Source: Oscillospiraceae bacterium
GTDB lineage: Bacteria > Bacillota > Clostridia > Oscillospirales > Ruminococcaceae
DNA length: 64,000 bases
NCBI GenBank assembly: GCA_021203065.1
Contig: JAJQBX010000021.1
Coordinates: 130,514-194,513 of the forward strand
Direction: 5' to 3'
The notes beneath the pieces are model-generated. The model ran no database searches. It was not told where the DNA came from and worked only from the letters and a program-made list of their open reading frames with translations. The position numbers and the translations under genes were made by a program. Below are positions 17,026-26,292 of the stretch, one piece after another (within the stretch, counting starts at the first letter, position 1; each line of letters opens with the position of its first letter).

Positions 17026-18258
17026 GTGTCGCTGAAATGCGGACTCTTGGGCGAGACTCTCGGGCATAGCTACTCGCCCCGTATTCATGCTTATTTGGGA
17101 GACTACGACTATTGTCTCTATGAAATTTCCCGGGAAAAGGTCGAAGATTTCATCCTTCACGGCGACTGGGATGGCTTGAATGTCACCATCCCTTATAAAA
17201 AAGTAGCCGCCTCCCTCTGCGACGAGCTTTCTGACATCGCCCGGGATCTCGGAAGCGTCAACACAATAGTCAGACGTAACGGCAAGCTATATGGTCACAA
17301 CACCGACTACTACGGCTTTAAGAGCATGGTTCTCGAAACCGGCGTCGACATTTCCGGCAAAAAAGCCCTCGTCTTGGGCACAGGCGGAACCGGTGTCACT
17401 ATAGTCAAGGTCTTGACCGAAATGGGTGCAGAAGTAGTCCCCATCAGCCGCACAGGCGAAAATAACTATGACAATATCGAAAAGCACTCGGATGCGGTTC
17501 TCGTTGTAAATGCGACCCCTGTCGGAATGTACCCGAAAAATGGGGCTTCGCCACTCGATTTAAGAAGAATCCCGTCCTGCGAGTGCGTTTTGGATGTTAT
17601 TTACAACCCGATGAGAACGGCTTTGATTTTGCAGGCTGAAAGCTTGGGACTCAAGTACAAGAGCGGGCTTCACATGCTCATAGCTCAGGCGAAATACAGC
17701 TCTGAGCTGTTCCAGAACAAGAAAATTAGTGACGATTCGGTTACATTTATCGAAAATTCATTGACAAAGGAGCTCGAAAACATTATACTTATCGGTATGC
17801 CCGGGAGCGGCAAGTCGGTAGTTGCCGAGGCTCTTGGAAGAAGACTTCACAAGCCGGTCATCGAAACCGATGCCGAAATCGTAAAATCTGCTGGTATGAC
17901 CATTCCGGAGATATTCGAAAAGTCCGGCGAAGAGGAGTTCAGGCGGCTTGAAACAGCCCAGATGGAGCTTTCAGGCAAGCTTTCGGAAAGAATTATCTCC
18001 ACCGGCGGTGGGGCTGTCACAAGGGAGGAAAACTACAATCTCCTCCACCAGAACGGAATAATCGTCTGGCTCGAGCGGGATACTTCGAAGCTCCCGACCG
18101 ACGGCAGACCCATCTCCCAGAAGTCGGATTTATCTGAGCTCTACCGCAGGCGCAAGCCCATGTATGAGCGTTTCGCCGACCTGAGAGTTTCCAACAACGG
18201 CACAGTTTCAGAAACTGTCGGAAAAATCATTGCAGGAATCGAGGGCATAACGAAATGA
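17026..18258 (+). CDS. aroE/aroK: Fused shikimate dehydrogenase - shikimate kinase
   Basis: The N-terminal half is AroE-like (GLLGETLGHSYSPRIH, NVTIPYK, GTGGTG). The C-terminal ~165 aa have the shikimate kinase P-loop GMPGSGKS. GTG start. Confidence 0.85.
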   Translation: MSLKCGLLGETLGHSYSPRIHAYLGDYDYCLYEISREKVEDFILHGDWDGLNVTIPYKKVAASLCDELSDIARDLGSVNTIVRRNGKLYGHNTDYYGFKSMVLETGVDISGKKALVLGTGGTGVTIVKVLTEMGAEVVPISRTGENNYDNIEKHSDAVLVVNATPVGMYPKNGASPLDLRRIPSCECVLDVIYNPMRTALILQAESLGLKYKSGLHMLIAQAKYSSELFQNKKISDDSVTFIENSLTKELENIILIGMPGSGKSVVAEALGRRLHKPVIETDAEIVKSAGMTIPEIFEKSGEEEFRRLETAQMELSGKLSERIISTGGGAVTREENYNLLHQNGIIVWLERDTSKLPTDGRPISQKSDLSELYRRRKPMYERFADLRVSNNGTVSETVGKIIAGIEGITK

Positions 18259-18695
18259 AGCTACTTGTCATAAACGGTCCGAATATCAATATGCTCGGAA
18301 TCAGGGAGCCGGGAATCTACGGCAAAGAAACCTATTCTTCGCTTGTCAGCATGATAAGTGACTACTGCGAAAGTAATGGGATAGACGTAGAATTCTTCCA
18401 GTCGAACCACGAGGGCGCAATTGTCGACAAGATTCAGGAAGCCTACGGAGTTTTCGATGGAATTGTCATCAATCCTGCGGCTTATACCCACACGAGCGTT
18501 GCGATTCTTGACGCACTCAAGGCAGTTTCAATTCCGGCAGTGGAGGTTCACATTTCGGCAGTAAACGAGCGTGAAGACTTCCGGCAGATTTCCTACGCCG
18601 GCAAAGCGTGCGTAAAGACCTATATGGGACTCGGCTTTGACGGCTATATCGAGGCAGTAAAATTCCTCGAAAACTATCTCACACAGAAGAAATAA
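18255..18695 (+). CDS. aroQ: Type II 3-dehydroquinate dehydratase
   Basis: INGPNINMLGIREPGIYG, SNHEG and INPAAYTHTS motifs. Confidence 0.9.
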   Translation: MKLLVINGPNINMLGIREPGIYGKETYSSLVSMISDYCESNGIDVEFFQSNHEGAIVDKIQEAYGVFDGIVINPAAYTHTSVAILDALKAVSIPAVEVHISAVNEREDFRQISYAGKACVKTYMGLGFDGYIEAVKFLENYLTQKK

Positions 18696-18725
18696 ATCAT
18701 CCAGACATTTGTAAAGGAGCAACTA

Positions 18726-19574
18726 ATGGCAATAAGACTTGTAATCGACTCAGCATCAGACATATCGGTAGAAGAGGCAAAAGAATACGGTTGGGTTCTT
18801 CTCCCGCTCACAGTAACCTTCGGCGACACCCAGTATAAGGACGGAGTCGACATAACCCCCGACAGATTCTATGACATGCTTATCGAATCGGACGAGCTTC
18901 CGCACACCTCCCAGCTCACACCCTCCGACTATGAAGATGCATTTGAAAAGATTATAGCTGAGGGCGACACGCCTTTTGTAATCGCAATTTCTTCAAAGCT
19001 TTCAGGAACCTATCAGTCGGCATGTATAGCTGCAGAAGCCTGCGACCCGAAGCCCATCGTAGTCGACAGTCTGAGTGCTGCCCTCGGCGAAGCCGTTCTG
19101 ATAAGATACGCTGACTCCCTCATCCGTGACGGAATGGGTGTAGAAGAGCTTGAGAAGACCCTTAACGAAGTGAAGCATAAGATAAGAATTCTTGCGCTTT
19201 TAGATACCCTTGAGTACTTAAGAAAGGGCGGAAGAATCTCAGCGGCTGTCGAGTTTGCGGGAAGCCTCCTCCAGATAAAGCCGGTTATCGGCGTTGAAGA
19301 GGGCGAAGTGGTCATGGTCGGAAAAGCCAGAGGCTCGAAAAAGGGGAATAATCTCTTAAACGAACTCATCAACAAGGGCAACGGCGTCGATTTTTCAATG
19401 CCTTACACTCTTGCTTACACCGGAAACGACATGGGCTACTTGAATAAATATGTCGAGGATTCAAGAAGCCTCTGGGAGAATGATACAGAAAGTCTCCCTG
19501 TTATGAGAATAGGCGCAACAATAGGAACGCATATAGGACCCGGAGCAATAGGAGTAGTCTTCTTCGAAAAGTAG
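18726..19574 (+). CDS. DegV family fatty-acid-binding protein
   Basis: Typical DegV length and motifs (DSASD, SSKLSGTYQSA, GPGAIGV). Confidence 0.85.
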   Translation: MAIRLVIDSASDISVEEAKEYGWVLLPLTVTFGDTQYKDGVDITPDRFYDMLIESDELPHTSQLTPSDYEDAFEKIIAEGDTPFVIAISSKLSGTYQSACIAAEACDPKPIVVDSLSAALGEAVLIRYADSLIRDGMGVEELEKTLNEVKHKIRILALLDTLEYLRKGGRISAAVEFAGSLLQIKPVIGVEEGEVVMVGKARGSKKGNNLLNELINKGNGVDFSMPYTLAYTGNDMGYLNKYVEDSRSLWENDTESLPVMRIGATIGTHIGPGAIGVVFFEK

Positions 19575-19582
19575 AGGTACCC

Positions 19583-20188
19583 ATGAAAGAAATTGAGACC
19601 ACTATAGCAAGTAACATAATAGAGCTAAGAACCAGAGCAGGCATGACTCAGCTTGAACTCGCCGAAAAGCTCAACTATTCGGACAAATCCGTCTCCAAGT
19701 GGGAGCGTGCTGAGGCTTTGCCTGATGTCATAGTTCTTAGGAATATCGCCGACATCTTCGGCGTGACTGTCGACTATCTCGTCCGTCCACATGACCCGAG
19801 CGAGAAGATCAGCATTGTTGATTCGGTCAAGAGGACAATTCCCTATCAGATTATAATGGCAATCACCTCGGTGGGAATTATGACGGTTGCGACAATTCTT
19901 TTCGTCATCTTCTGGCTCAGAGGCTTGATATACTGGCAGGTATTCGTCTATGCACTGCCGGTGCTCTTCACGGCACTGTTGGTTCTCAACTCAATCTGGC
20001 ATGAGGGCAAGTATAACTTCATAATAATCTCGCTCTTGGTTTTAAGCATCGTCTGCACGCTCTACGTGATATTCTTAAAATACAACTGGTGGCAGCTCTT
20101 TCTTATCCTGATTCCCGCAGAGGCGTTGGTGGTCTTAAGCTTCCGGCTCTACCATGAAAATCATAAAAAAGACGAATCGAAGTTATAA
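19583..20188 (+). CDS. XRE-family HTH regulator with C-terminal multi-pass membrane domain
   Basis: The N-terminal segment LRTRAGMTQLELAEKLNYSDKSVSKWERAE is an HTH_3-type domain. It is followed by about 4 hydrophobic helices. Confidence 0.8.
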   Translation: MKEIETTIASNIIELRTRAGMTQLELAEKLNYSDKSVSKWERAEALPDVIVLRNIADIFGVTVDYLVRPHDPSEKISIVDSVKRTIPYQIIMAITSVGIMTVATILFVIFWLRGLIYWQVFVYALPVLFTALLVLNSIWHEGKYNFIIISLLVLSIVCTLYVIFLKYNWWQLFLILIPAEALVVLSFRLYHENHKKDESKL

Positions 20189-20192
20189 TTCT

Positions 20193-20235
20193 GGCAGTAG
20201 AATCCCGGAAATTGGGACTCTACTGCTTCTTTTTC
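20193..20235 (+). terminator. Intrinsic terminator
   Basis: GCAGTAGA ... TCTACTGC stem followed by TTCTTTTT. Confidence 0.6.
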
Positions 20236-20329
20236 AAGAGTAGAGCCAAAATTTTTGCAGAAATATTGAAATTTCCGAGCCGAAGTGTTATTATATTGAG
20301 CGGAAATTTCTTTGCAAGGAGACCTATAG

Positions 20330-21190
20330 ATGATAAGACTTTTCACCGATACATCTGCAAACTTAAGCCCGGCAGTTCTCAAGGAGCACGACGTCGAGCT
20401 GGTGCACTTCCACTACAGCATCAACGACGAGGTTGTTGAGTATAACACCCTCGAGGGCTTCGACGGCAAGTCGTTCTATAAAGCAATGCGTGAGGGCGCA
20501 GATATTAAGACCTCGATGGTCAACATCGTCGACTATATGAAAGCGTTCGAGCCAGCCCTCCAGAATGGCGACGACGTCCTCTATGTCGGAATGGCAGGAG
20601 GAATCAGCGGAGCGATAGCCTCCGCAAAAATCGCCGCAAGCGAGCTTCAGGAGACCTATCCCGACCGTGCGATAATCATCTTTGATTCATATGCCGCATC
20701 TCTGGGCGAGGGAATGCATGTCCTCGACGCCGCAGAGCTGATTGAAAAGGGCGAGAGAATAGACGTAGTAGTCAACGAGCTTTATAACAGAAGAGAGCAC
20801 CTTTGCCAGTATTTCACTGTCGACGATATGAAGTACCTTAAAAAAGGCGGAAGAGTTTCCGGTACTGTTGCATTTGCCGGCTCGCTCTTAAACGTCAAGC
20901 CGATCCTCATGGGCGACAACACAGGTCACATCGTCTTCAACGGTGTAGCAAGGGGAGAAAAGCGTGCAATTGCAACCCTTGCCGACAAATATCAGAAGCT
21001 TTGCTCTGACATGTCACTAGATATTTGCATCGCCCACGCCGACAACGAAGCGGGAGCACTGAATCTTTTGGACCAGCTCCACACCATAGGCTTGACAGGC
21101 AACTGCATGATAGAGCAGTACGAACCGGTAACCGGAGGTCATGCAGGACCGGGGACGATAGCGCTCTTCTTCCGTGGCATCCATAAGTAA
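20330..21190 (+). CDS. DegV family protein (second paralog)
   Basis: DegV motifs. A possible TTGAAA-17-TATTAT promoter lies at 20266-20294. Confidence 0.85.
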   Translation: MIRLFTDTSANLSPAVLKEHDVELVHFHYSINDEVVEYNTLEGFDGKSFYKAMREGADIKTSMVNIVDYMKAFEPALQNGDDVLYVGMAGGISGAIASAKIAASELQETYPDRAIIIFDSYAASLGEGMHVLDAAELIEKGERIDVVVNELYNRREHLCQYFTVDDMKYLKKGGRVSGTVAFAGSLLNVKPILMGDNTGHIVFNGVARGEKRAIATLADKYQKLCSDMSLDICIAHADNEAGALNLLDQLHTIGLTGNCMIEQYEPVTGGHAGPGTIALFFRGIHK

Positions 21191-21222
21191 ATGTATAATG
21201 TACAATGTACAATGTACAATGA
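21191..21222. repeat. 7-nt microsatellite (ATGTACA)x~4.5
   Basis: atgtata atgtaca atgtaca atgtaca atg, immediately after the DegV stop. Confidence 0.8.
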
Positions 21223-21289
21223 ATGTGTCGGCTGTCGCCGACGATTAAATCCGTCCATGTGGCGGATTTTTTTATTTTTCCTGCGATAT

Positions 21290-21345
21290 TTAACATAGAT
21301 TTAACATAAAAACGCTTTCAGACTTAACATTAACTGCGCTATATT
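21290..21345 (+). promoter_or_regulatory. Pho-box-like TTAACA direct repeats plus -10 (TATATT) upstream of pstS
   Basis: TTAACA at 21290, 21301 (11-bp phasing) and 21324, TTAACT at 21330, TATATT at 21340-21345. There is no canonical -35, as in PhoP-activated Firmicute promoters. Confidence 0.5.
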
Positions 21346-21399
21346 AGAGCCATAGACAGACAAATCTGTCTTCTAAAATCTGAAAGGATGTTATTTGAA

Positions 21400-22209
21400 A
21401 TGAAAAAAGCAAAGATTTTTGCGCTTATTATGAGCTTGGTTCTGGCAGTCTGCTGCTTCACCGCTTGCGGTGAAACTGAAGCTCAGTCGGTTTCCACCGA
21501 CGGTTCAACCTCAATGGAAAAGGTCATGGGATACTTCATGGAAGCATTCATGGAGGAAAACCCCGACATCACAGTAACCTACAACCCCACCGGCTCCGGC
21601 TCAGGCATTCAGGCGGTAATTGACGGCACCTGCGACATCGGTCTTGCAAGCCGTAACTTAAAGGACAGTGAGCTTGAAACCTGCGACCAGACAGTAGTCG
21701 CAATCGACGGAATCGCAGTAATCGTAAACACCTCGAACACAGTAAGCGATCTTACCATAGATCAGATCGCTTCCATCTTCACCGGCGAGATAACCAACTG
21801 GAGCGAAGTGGGCGGAGAAGATCTCCCTATCGTCTGCATCGGACGTGAAGCTTCTTCGGGAACACGTGACGGCTTCGAGTCGATCACCGGAACTGCCGAC
21901 GCCTGCGTATACTCTCAGGAGCTGACCTCCACTGGCGACGTAGTCAGCGCAGTTTCCTCTAACCCGAATGCTATTGGCTATGTTTCGCTTGCATCTGTCA
22001 ACGACACAGTAAGTGCTATCTCGGTTGAGGGAGTATACCCCACCAGCGACACCGTTCTTGACGGCACATATGCAATCCAGAGAAACTTCGTCTTCGTAAC
22101 GAAGAAGGATTCAGAGCTCTCAGAAGCCGCTCAGGCATTCTATGACTACTGCACCAGCTCCGCTGTCAACGAGTACATAGAAGCAGCAGGATGCGTACCG
22201 GTCAACTGA
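21400..22209 (+). CDS. pstS: Phosphate ABC transporter substrate-binding lipoprotein
   Basis: MKKAKIFALIMSLVLAVCCFTAC lipobox and PstS-type TGSGSGIQ motif. The ATG at 21400 is preferred (AAAGGA SD). Confidence 0.9.
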   Translation: MKKAKIFALIMSLVLAVCCFTACGETEAQSVSTDGSTSMEKVMGYFMEAFMEENPDITVTYNPTGSGSGIQAVIDGTCDIGLASRNLKDSELETCDQTVVAIDGIAVIVNTSNTVSDLTIDQIASIFTGEITNWSEVGGEDLPIVCIGREASSGTRDGFESITGTADACVYSQELTSTGDVVSAVSSNPNAIGYVSLASVNDTVSAISVEGVYPTSDTVLDGTYAIQRNFVFVTKKDSELSEAAQAFYDYCTSSAVNEYIEAAGCVPVN

Positions 22210-22315
22210 TTAAAGACAGCTTCAAAACCCGATATATGCTTAAATCTTCGGGAGGCGGCAATTGCCTCTGTCGCCTCTCGGAGAGAACGGCAATGCCAAA
22301 AAAGGATGCTTAGGA

Positions 22316-23194
22316 ATGGAAAAAGTAAAAAAGACAGCACATGCCCTCGATAAAATAATGAACGCTATATTCACATTCTGCGGCTTTCTTGCTGTCGCAC
22401 TTGTAGTAGTAATCACTGTATACCTGATAAGCTCCGGAATCCCGGCAATAAAGGAAATAGGGCTCGGAAACTTCCTTTTCGGAACAGTCTGGAAGTCGAC
22501 TGGCGACAACCCGTCCTATGGAATACTTGCGTTTATTTTAACGAGTATCATAGGAACGTTCGGAGCGATGCTCATAGGATTCCCTCTGGGTCTTCTCTGC
22601 GCAGTATGCATAGCCAAGATGTCCGGCAAACGTTTTTCCGGAATAATGCGTTCATTCGTCGACCTGATGAGCGGAATTCCCTCGGTTGTATTCGGACTTG
22701 TAGGAATGATATATGTAGTACCAGCAGTAAGAGAGATGTTTAATCTCCCCGACGGCGCAAACCTATTCTCGGCGATAGTAGTGCTCGTAATCATGATTCT
22801 GCCGTCGGTAATCTCGATGTCCGAAACGGCGATAAGGGCAGTCCCGAAGGAGTATGAGGAAGCCTCATTGGCACTCGGAGCAAATAAAACTGAGACAATA
22901 TTCAATGTCACAATCCCAGCGGCGAAGAGCGGTATTCTCGCCTCTCTGGTCTTGGGAACAGGTAGAGCGATAGGCGAAGCAACTGCTGTCATGATGGTAG
23001 CCGGAAACGTGGCAAACATGCCGGGGCTCTTCAAGAGCGTAAGATTCCTGACAACTGCGATAGTAAGTGAAATGTCCTACTCGTCAGGACTCCAGCGTCA
23101 GGCACTGTTCAGCATCGCACTCGTTCTCTTCGTATTCATCATGATAGTAAATCTGATACTTAATCTTGTGGTAAAGCGCAAGAAGGATAAATAG
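22316..23194 (+). CDS. pstC: Phosphate ABC transporter permease PstC
   Basis: Multi-pass permease with EAA-type loop (EYEEASLALGANKTETIF). The internal ATG at 22316 is preferred. Confidence 0.85.
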   Translation: MEKVKKTAHALDKIMNAIFTFCGFLAVALVVVITVYLISSGIPAIKEIGLGNFLFGTVWKSTGDNPSYGILAFILTSIIGTFGAMLIGFPLGLLCAVCIAKMSGKRFSGIMRSFVDLMSGIPSVVFGLVGMIYVVPAVREMFNLPDGANLFSAIVVLVIMILPSVISMSETAIRAVPKEYEEASLALGANKTETIFNVTIPAAKSGILASLVLGTGRAIGEATAVMMVAGNVANMPGLFKSVRFLTTAIVSEMSYSSGLQRQALFSIALVLFVFIMIVNLILNLVVKRKKDK

Positions 23195-23197
23195 CTT

Positions 23198-24085
23198 ATG
23201 AAAGATTTGAAAAAGAGTTCAGGAATATCCACCCAAAGAAAAGTAAAAACAGCCATTCTCAAGACGCTGGTTTATCTCTCAGCGATACTGATAATAGCCG
23301 CAGTTCTGTTTATAGTGGTGGTAATAGTTATAAGAGGACTTCCGAATATATCTTGGGAGTTTCTCACAAGCGGCGTCAGCTATTTAAAAGGAATAACGGG
23401 AATCCTCCCGAACATCTTAAACACCGTCTATGTGGTAATAATGACGCTTGTAATCGTTCTCCCTGTCGGAACGGGAGCGGCGATATACCTGAATGAATAT
23501 GCAAAAAACAAGAAAGCAGTTGCGGTAATAGAATTTGCAACCGAAACCCTTGCCGGAATCCCGTCAATAATCTATGGCTTGGTAGGTATGCTGATATTCG
23601 TCCAGACATTCAGACTGAAAACGAGTCTTCTTGCAGGCTCACTGACACTCGTAATCATGACGCTTCCGACAATAGTCCGTACCGTTCAGGAGAGCTTAAA
23701 GACCGTCCCGAACAGCTATCGTGAGGGTTCACTTGCGTTGGGCTCAGGAAAGTGGCACATGGTCCGTACTGTTGTCCTCCCGTCTGCAATAGATGGAATA
23801 GTCACCGGCTGTATTCTCTCAGTCGGACGAATCGTCGGCGAGAGTGCGGCACTTCTCTTCACAGCAGGCATGGCGGACGTCATCTACACGCCTCTTGAAG
23901 CGATAACCGCGAATCATTCGGGATCAACCTTGGCAGTTGCACTCTATGTCTACGCCAAGGAGCGTGCCGATTCGGGAACGGCGTTCGCAATCGCATTCAT
24001 ACTGCTTATTCTGACACTTATAATTAATACAGCCGCAAAGGTTGCCGGCAAGAAGCTTAAGAGGAGGACGGAGAATGAAGGCTGA
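23198..24085 (+). CDS. pstA: Phosphate ABC transporter permease PstA
   Basis: Permease with [17 protein letters not shown] loop, adjacent to pstC. Confidence 0.85.
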   Translation: MKDLKKSSGISTQRKVKTAILKTLVYLSAILIIAAVLFIVVVIVIRGLPNISWEFLTSGVSYLKGITGILPNILNTVYVVIMTLVIVLPVGTGAAIYLNEYAKNKKAVAVIEFATETLAGIPSIIYGLVGMLIFVQTFRLKTSLLAGSLTLVIMTLPTIVRTVQESLKTVPNSYREGSLALGSGKWHMVRTVVLPSAIDGIVTGCILSVGRIVGESAALLFTAGMADVIYTPLEAITANHSGSTLAVALYVYAKERADSGTAFAIAFILLILTLIINTAAKVAGKKLKRRTENEG

Positions 24086-24911
24086 GATTGAAATCAAGAG
24101 AGTTGAAAACGACGACAAGGAAATAAGAGAAATTCAGAATATAAAGACTCCCACAGAGGGCGAAACACTCATTGATGTAGAGCATATGAACCTCTGGTAT
24201 GGCGACAATCATGCGATAAAGGACGTGAGCATAGCGATTCCTCAGAATCGTATAACCGCTCTTATAGGTCCCTCCGGATGCGGAAAGTCGACATTTTTAA
24301 AGTCCCTCAACCGTATGAACGACCTTGTCGAGGGCGTAAAAATAGAGGGCAAGCTCACACTCGGCGGAATTGATATTTATAAGGATATAGATGTCTCGGT
24401 TTTGAGAAGACGTGTAGGAATGGTCTTCCAGAAGCCAAACCCGTTCCCGATGAGTATTTATGACAACGTTGCCTATGGACTCCGGGTTCAGGGCGTAAGA
24501 TCCCGTGTCCAGCTCGACGAGGCGGTTGAGCGTTCGCTGAGGCAGGCGGCAATCTGGGACGAGTGCAAGGACAGACTCAAGAAAAGTGCCTTGGGACTCT
24601 CCGGAGGACAACAGCAGAGGCTTTGCATCGCAAGAACGATAGCTGTTGAGCCGGAGGTAGTCCTGATGGATGAACCCACATCGGCATTAGACCCTATATC
24701 AACATCAAAAATAGAGGAGCTCGCACTTGAGCTCAGAGAACACTATACAATAGTAATCGTAACGCATAACATGCAGCAGGCGGCGAGAATTGCCGACAAG
24801 ACGGCATTCTTCCTCTTAGGGGAGCTGGTCGAGTATGGAGACACAAACAAGATGTTCTCAAGCCCATCTGACGACCGCACAGAAGCATACATAACGGGGA
24901 GGTTCGGATAA
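24075..24911 (+). CDS. pstB: Phosphate ABC transporter ATP-binding protein
   Basis: GPSGCGKST Walker [10 protein letters not shown] signature, and the PstB-type C-terminus YITGRFG. ATG at 24075 lies after GGAGGACGGAGA. Confidence 0.9.
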   Translation: MKAEIEIKRVENDDKEIREIQNIKTPTEGETLIDVEHMNLWYGDNHAIKDVSIAIPQNRITALIGPSGCGKSTFLKSLNRMNDLVEGVKIEGKLTLGGIDIYKDIDVSVLRRRVGMVFQKPNPFPMSIYDNVAYGLRVQGVRSRVQLDEAVERSLRQAAIWDECKDRLKKSALGLSGGQQQRLCIARTIAVEPEVVLMDEPTSALDPISTSKIEELALELREHYTIVIVTHNMQQAARIADKTAFFLLGELVEYGDTNKMFSSPSDDRTEAYITGRFG

Positions 24912-25564
24912 TGAGAGAAAATTTGTCAAGGCAGCTTGAACTTTTGAATAACGAGCTCATAGAGATGGGCGCACTCTGCGAGGACGCAATTGCCTCCGCA
25001 GTAAAATACCTCTCGACGGCGGATAAAAAACTCCTCGAAAACGCTGCCGAAGCCGAACGCCAGATAGACCGTCAGGAGAGGGAAATTGAAGACCTCTGCA
25101 TGAAGCTTATAATCCGTGAACAGCCGGTTGCAACTGACCTCAGGGTTATCTCCTCCGCACTCCGTATGACCTCCGATATGGAGCGAATCGGCGATCAGGC
25201 GTTTGACATCTCCGACGTTGCGAAGAACATTGCTCCCCTGAAAGTCGGCGGAGAAATCCAGATTTACGACATGGCGGAGGCAACGGTCCGTATGGTCACC
25301 GAAAGCGTCAACTCATTCGTCACAAAGGACGTTGCCGCCGCAAAGGCGGTAATAGCCATGGACGACGTCGTCGACAGGCTTTTCGACGCCGTAAAGAACG
25401 AGCTTATTGCCGCAATTGAGGGCAAGAGCGGCAAGGGCGAGCTGTATATTGATCTACTTATGATAGCAAAATACTTCGAGAGAATCGGCGACCATGCCGT
25501 CAATATCGCTGAATGGGTAATTTACTCAGTCACCGGTGAACATAAGCAAAGACCACAAATGTAA
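24911..25564 (+). CDS. phoU: Phosphate signalling complex protein PhoU
   Basis: Two PhoU repeats with ERIGD motifs (MERIGDQA, ERIGDHA). Confidence 0.9.
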   Translation: MRENLSRQLELLNNELIEMGALCEDAIASAVKYLSTADKKLLENAAEAERQIDRQEREIEDLCMKLIIREQPVATDLRVISSALRMTSDMERIGDQAFDISDVAKNIAPLKVGGEIQIYDMAEATVRMVTESVNSFVTKDVAAAKAVIAMDDVVDRLFDAVKNELIAAIEGKSGKGELYIDLLMIAKYFERIGDHAVNIAEWVIYSVTGEHKQRPQM

Positions 25565-25582
25565 GTTGCGTGGTGACGCAAA

Positions 25583-26290
25583 GTGTGCTATAATCAGATT
25601 ATAGCTATGATTGGAGTGATGGTCTTGGCAAGAATTTATCTCATCGAAGATGACGACAATATACGTAAGCTCATCTGCTATGCACTTTCAAAAGAGGGTC
25701 ACGATATAACCGGATTCCCGACCCCTTCCGAATTCTGGGAGGAATACAGAGCCGCAAAACCGGAGCTTATCCTGCTTGATATAATGCTCCCCGAGGAGGA
25801 CGGGCTTTCGATTCTCAGAAAAGTCAGAGCAGAATCTGACACCCCTGTTATAATGCTGACAGCCAAGGGAAGCGAATTTGACAAGGTAACCGGTCTTGAT
25901 TTGGGAGCTGACGACTATATAACAAAGCCTTTCGGAATGACCGAGCTTTCCTCACGTGTCAGGGCAGTTCTCCGCAGAAGCGGCAAAGCCGTTGAAAAAG
26001 CCTCCGAATATCATGCAGGTGACATATACCTCGACTCCGAAAAGCACACCGTCAGGGTAGGAGATCAGCCTGTTTCGCTCTCGTTCAAGGAGTATAGCAT
26101 TCTTCTCATGCTCCTTGAGGCTAACGGCAAGGTCGTCGGCAGGGAAGAGCTTCTAAACCACATCTGGGGCGAATACTACGGCGAGTCGAGAACCCTTGAC
26201 GTCCATATAAGAACCCTCCGCCAGAAGCTTGGCGAGCAAGGGCATCTTATTCAGACGGTCAAAAAAGTTGGTTACAGAATAGGTGAATAG
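25583..26290 (+). CDS. phoP: OmpR-family response regulator (PhoP/PhoB-like); start uncertain
   Basis: Receiver domain (LIEDDDN, LLDIMLP, MLTAKG) plus winged-helix output (LDVHIRTLRQKL). The real start is probably an internal ATG or TTG near 25619-25628. Confidence 0.8.
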   Translation: MCYNQIIAMIGVMVLARIYLIEDDDNIRKLICYALSKEGHDITGFPTPSEFWEEYRAAKPELILLDIMLPEEDGLSILRKVRAESDTPVIMLTAKGSEFDKVTGLDLGADDYITKPFGMTELSSRVRAVLRRSGKAVEKASEYHAGDIYLDSEKHTVRVGDQPVSLSFKEYSILLMLLEANGKVVGREELLNHIWGEYYGESRTLDVHIRTLRQKLGEQGHLIQTVKKVGYRIGE

Positions 26291-26292
26291 AA

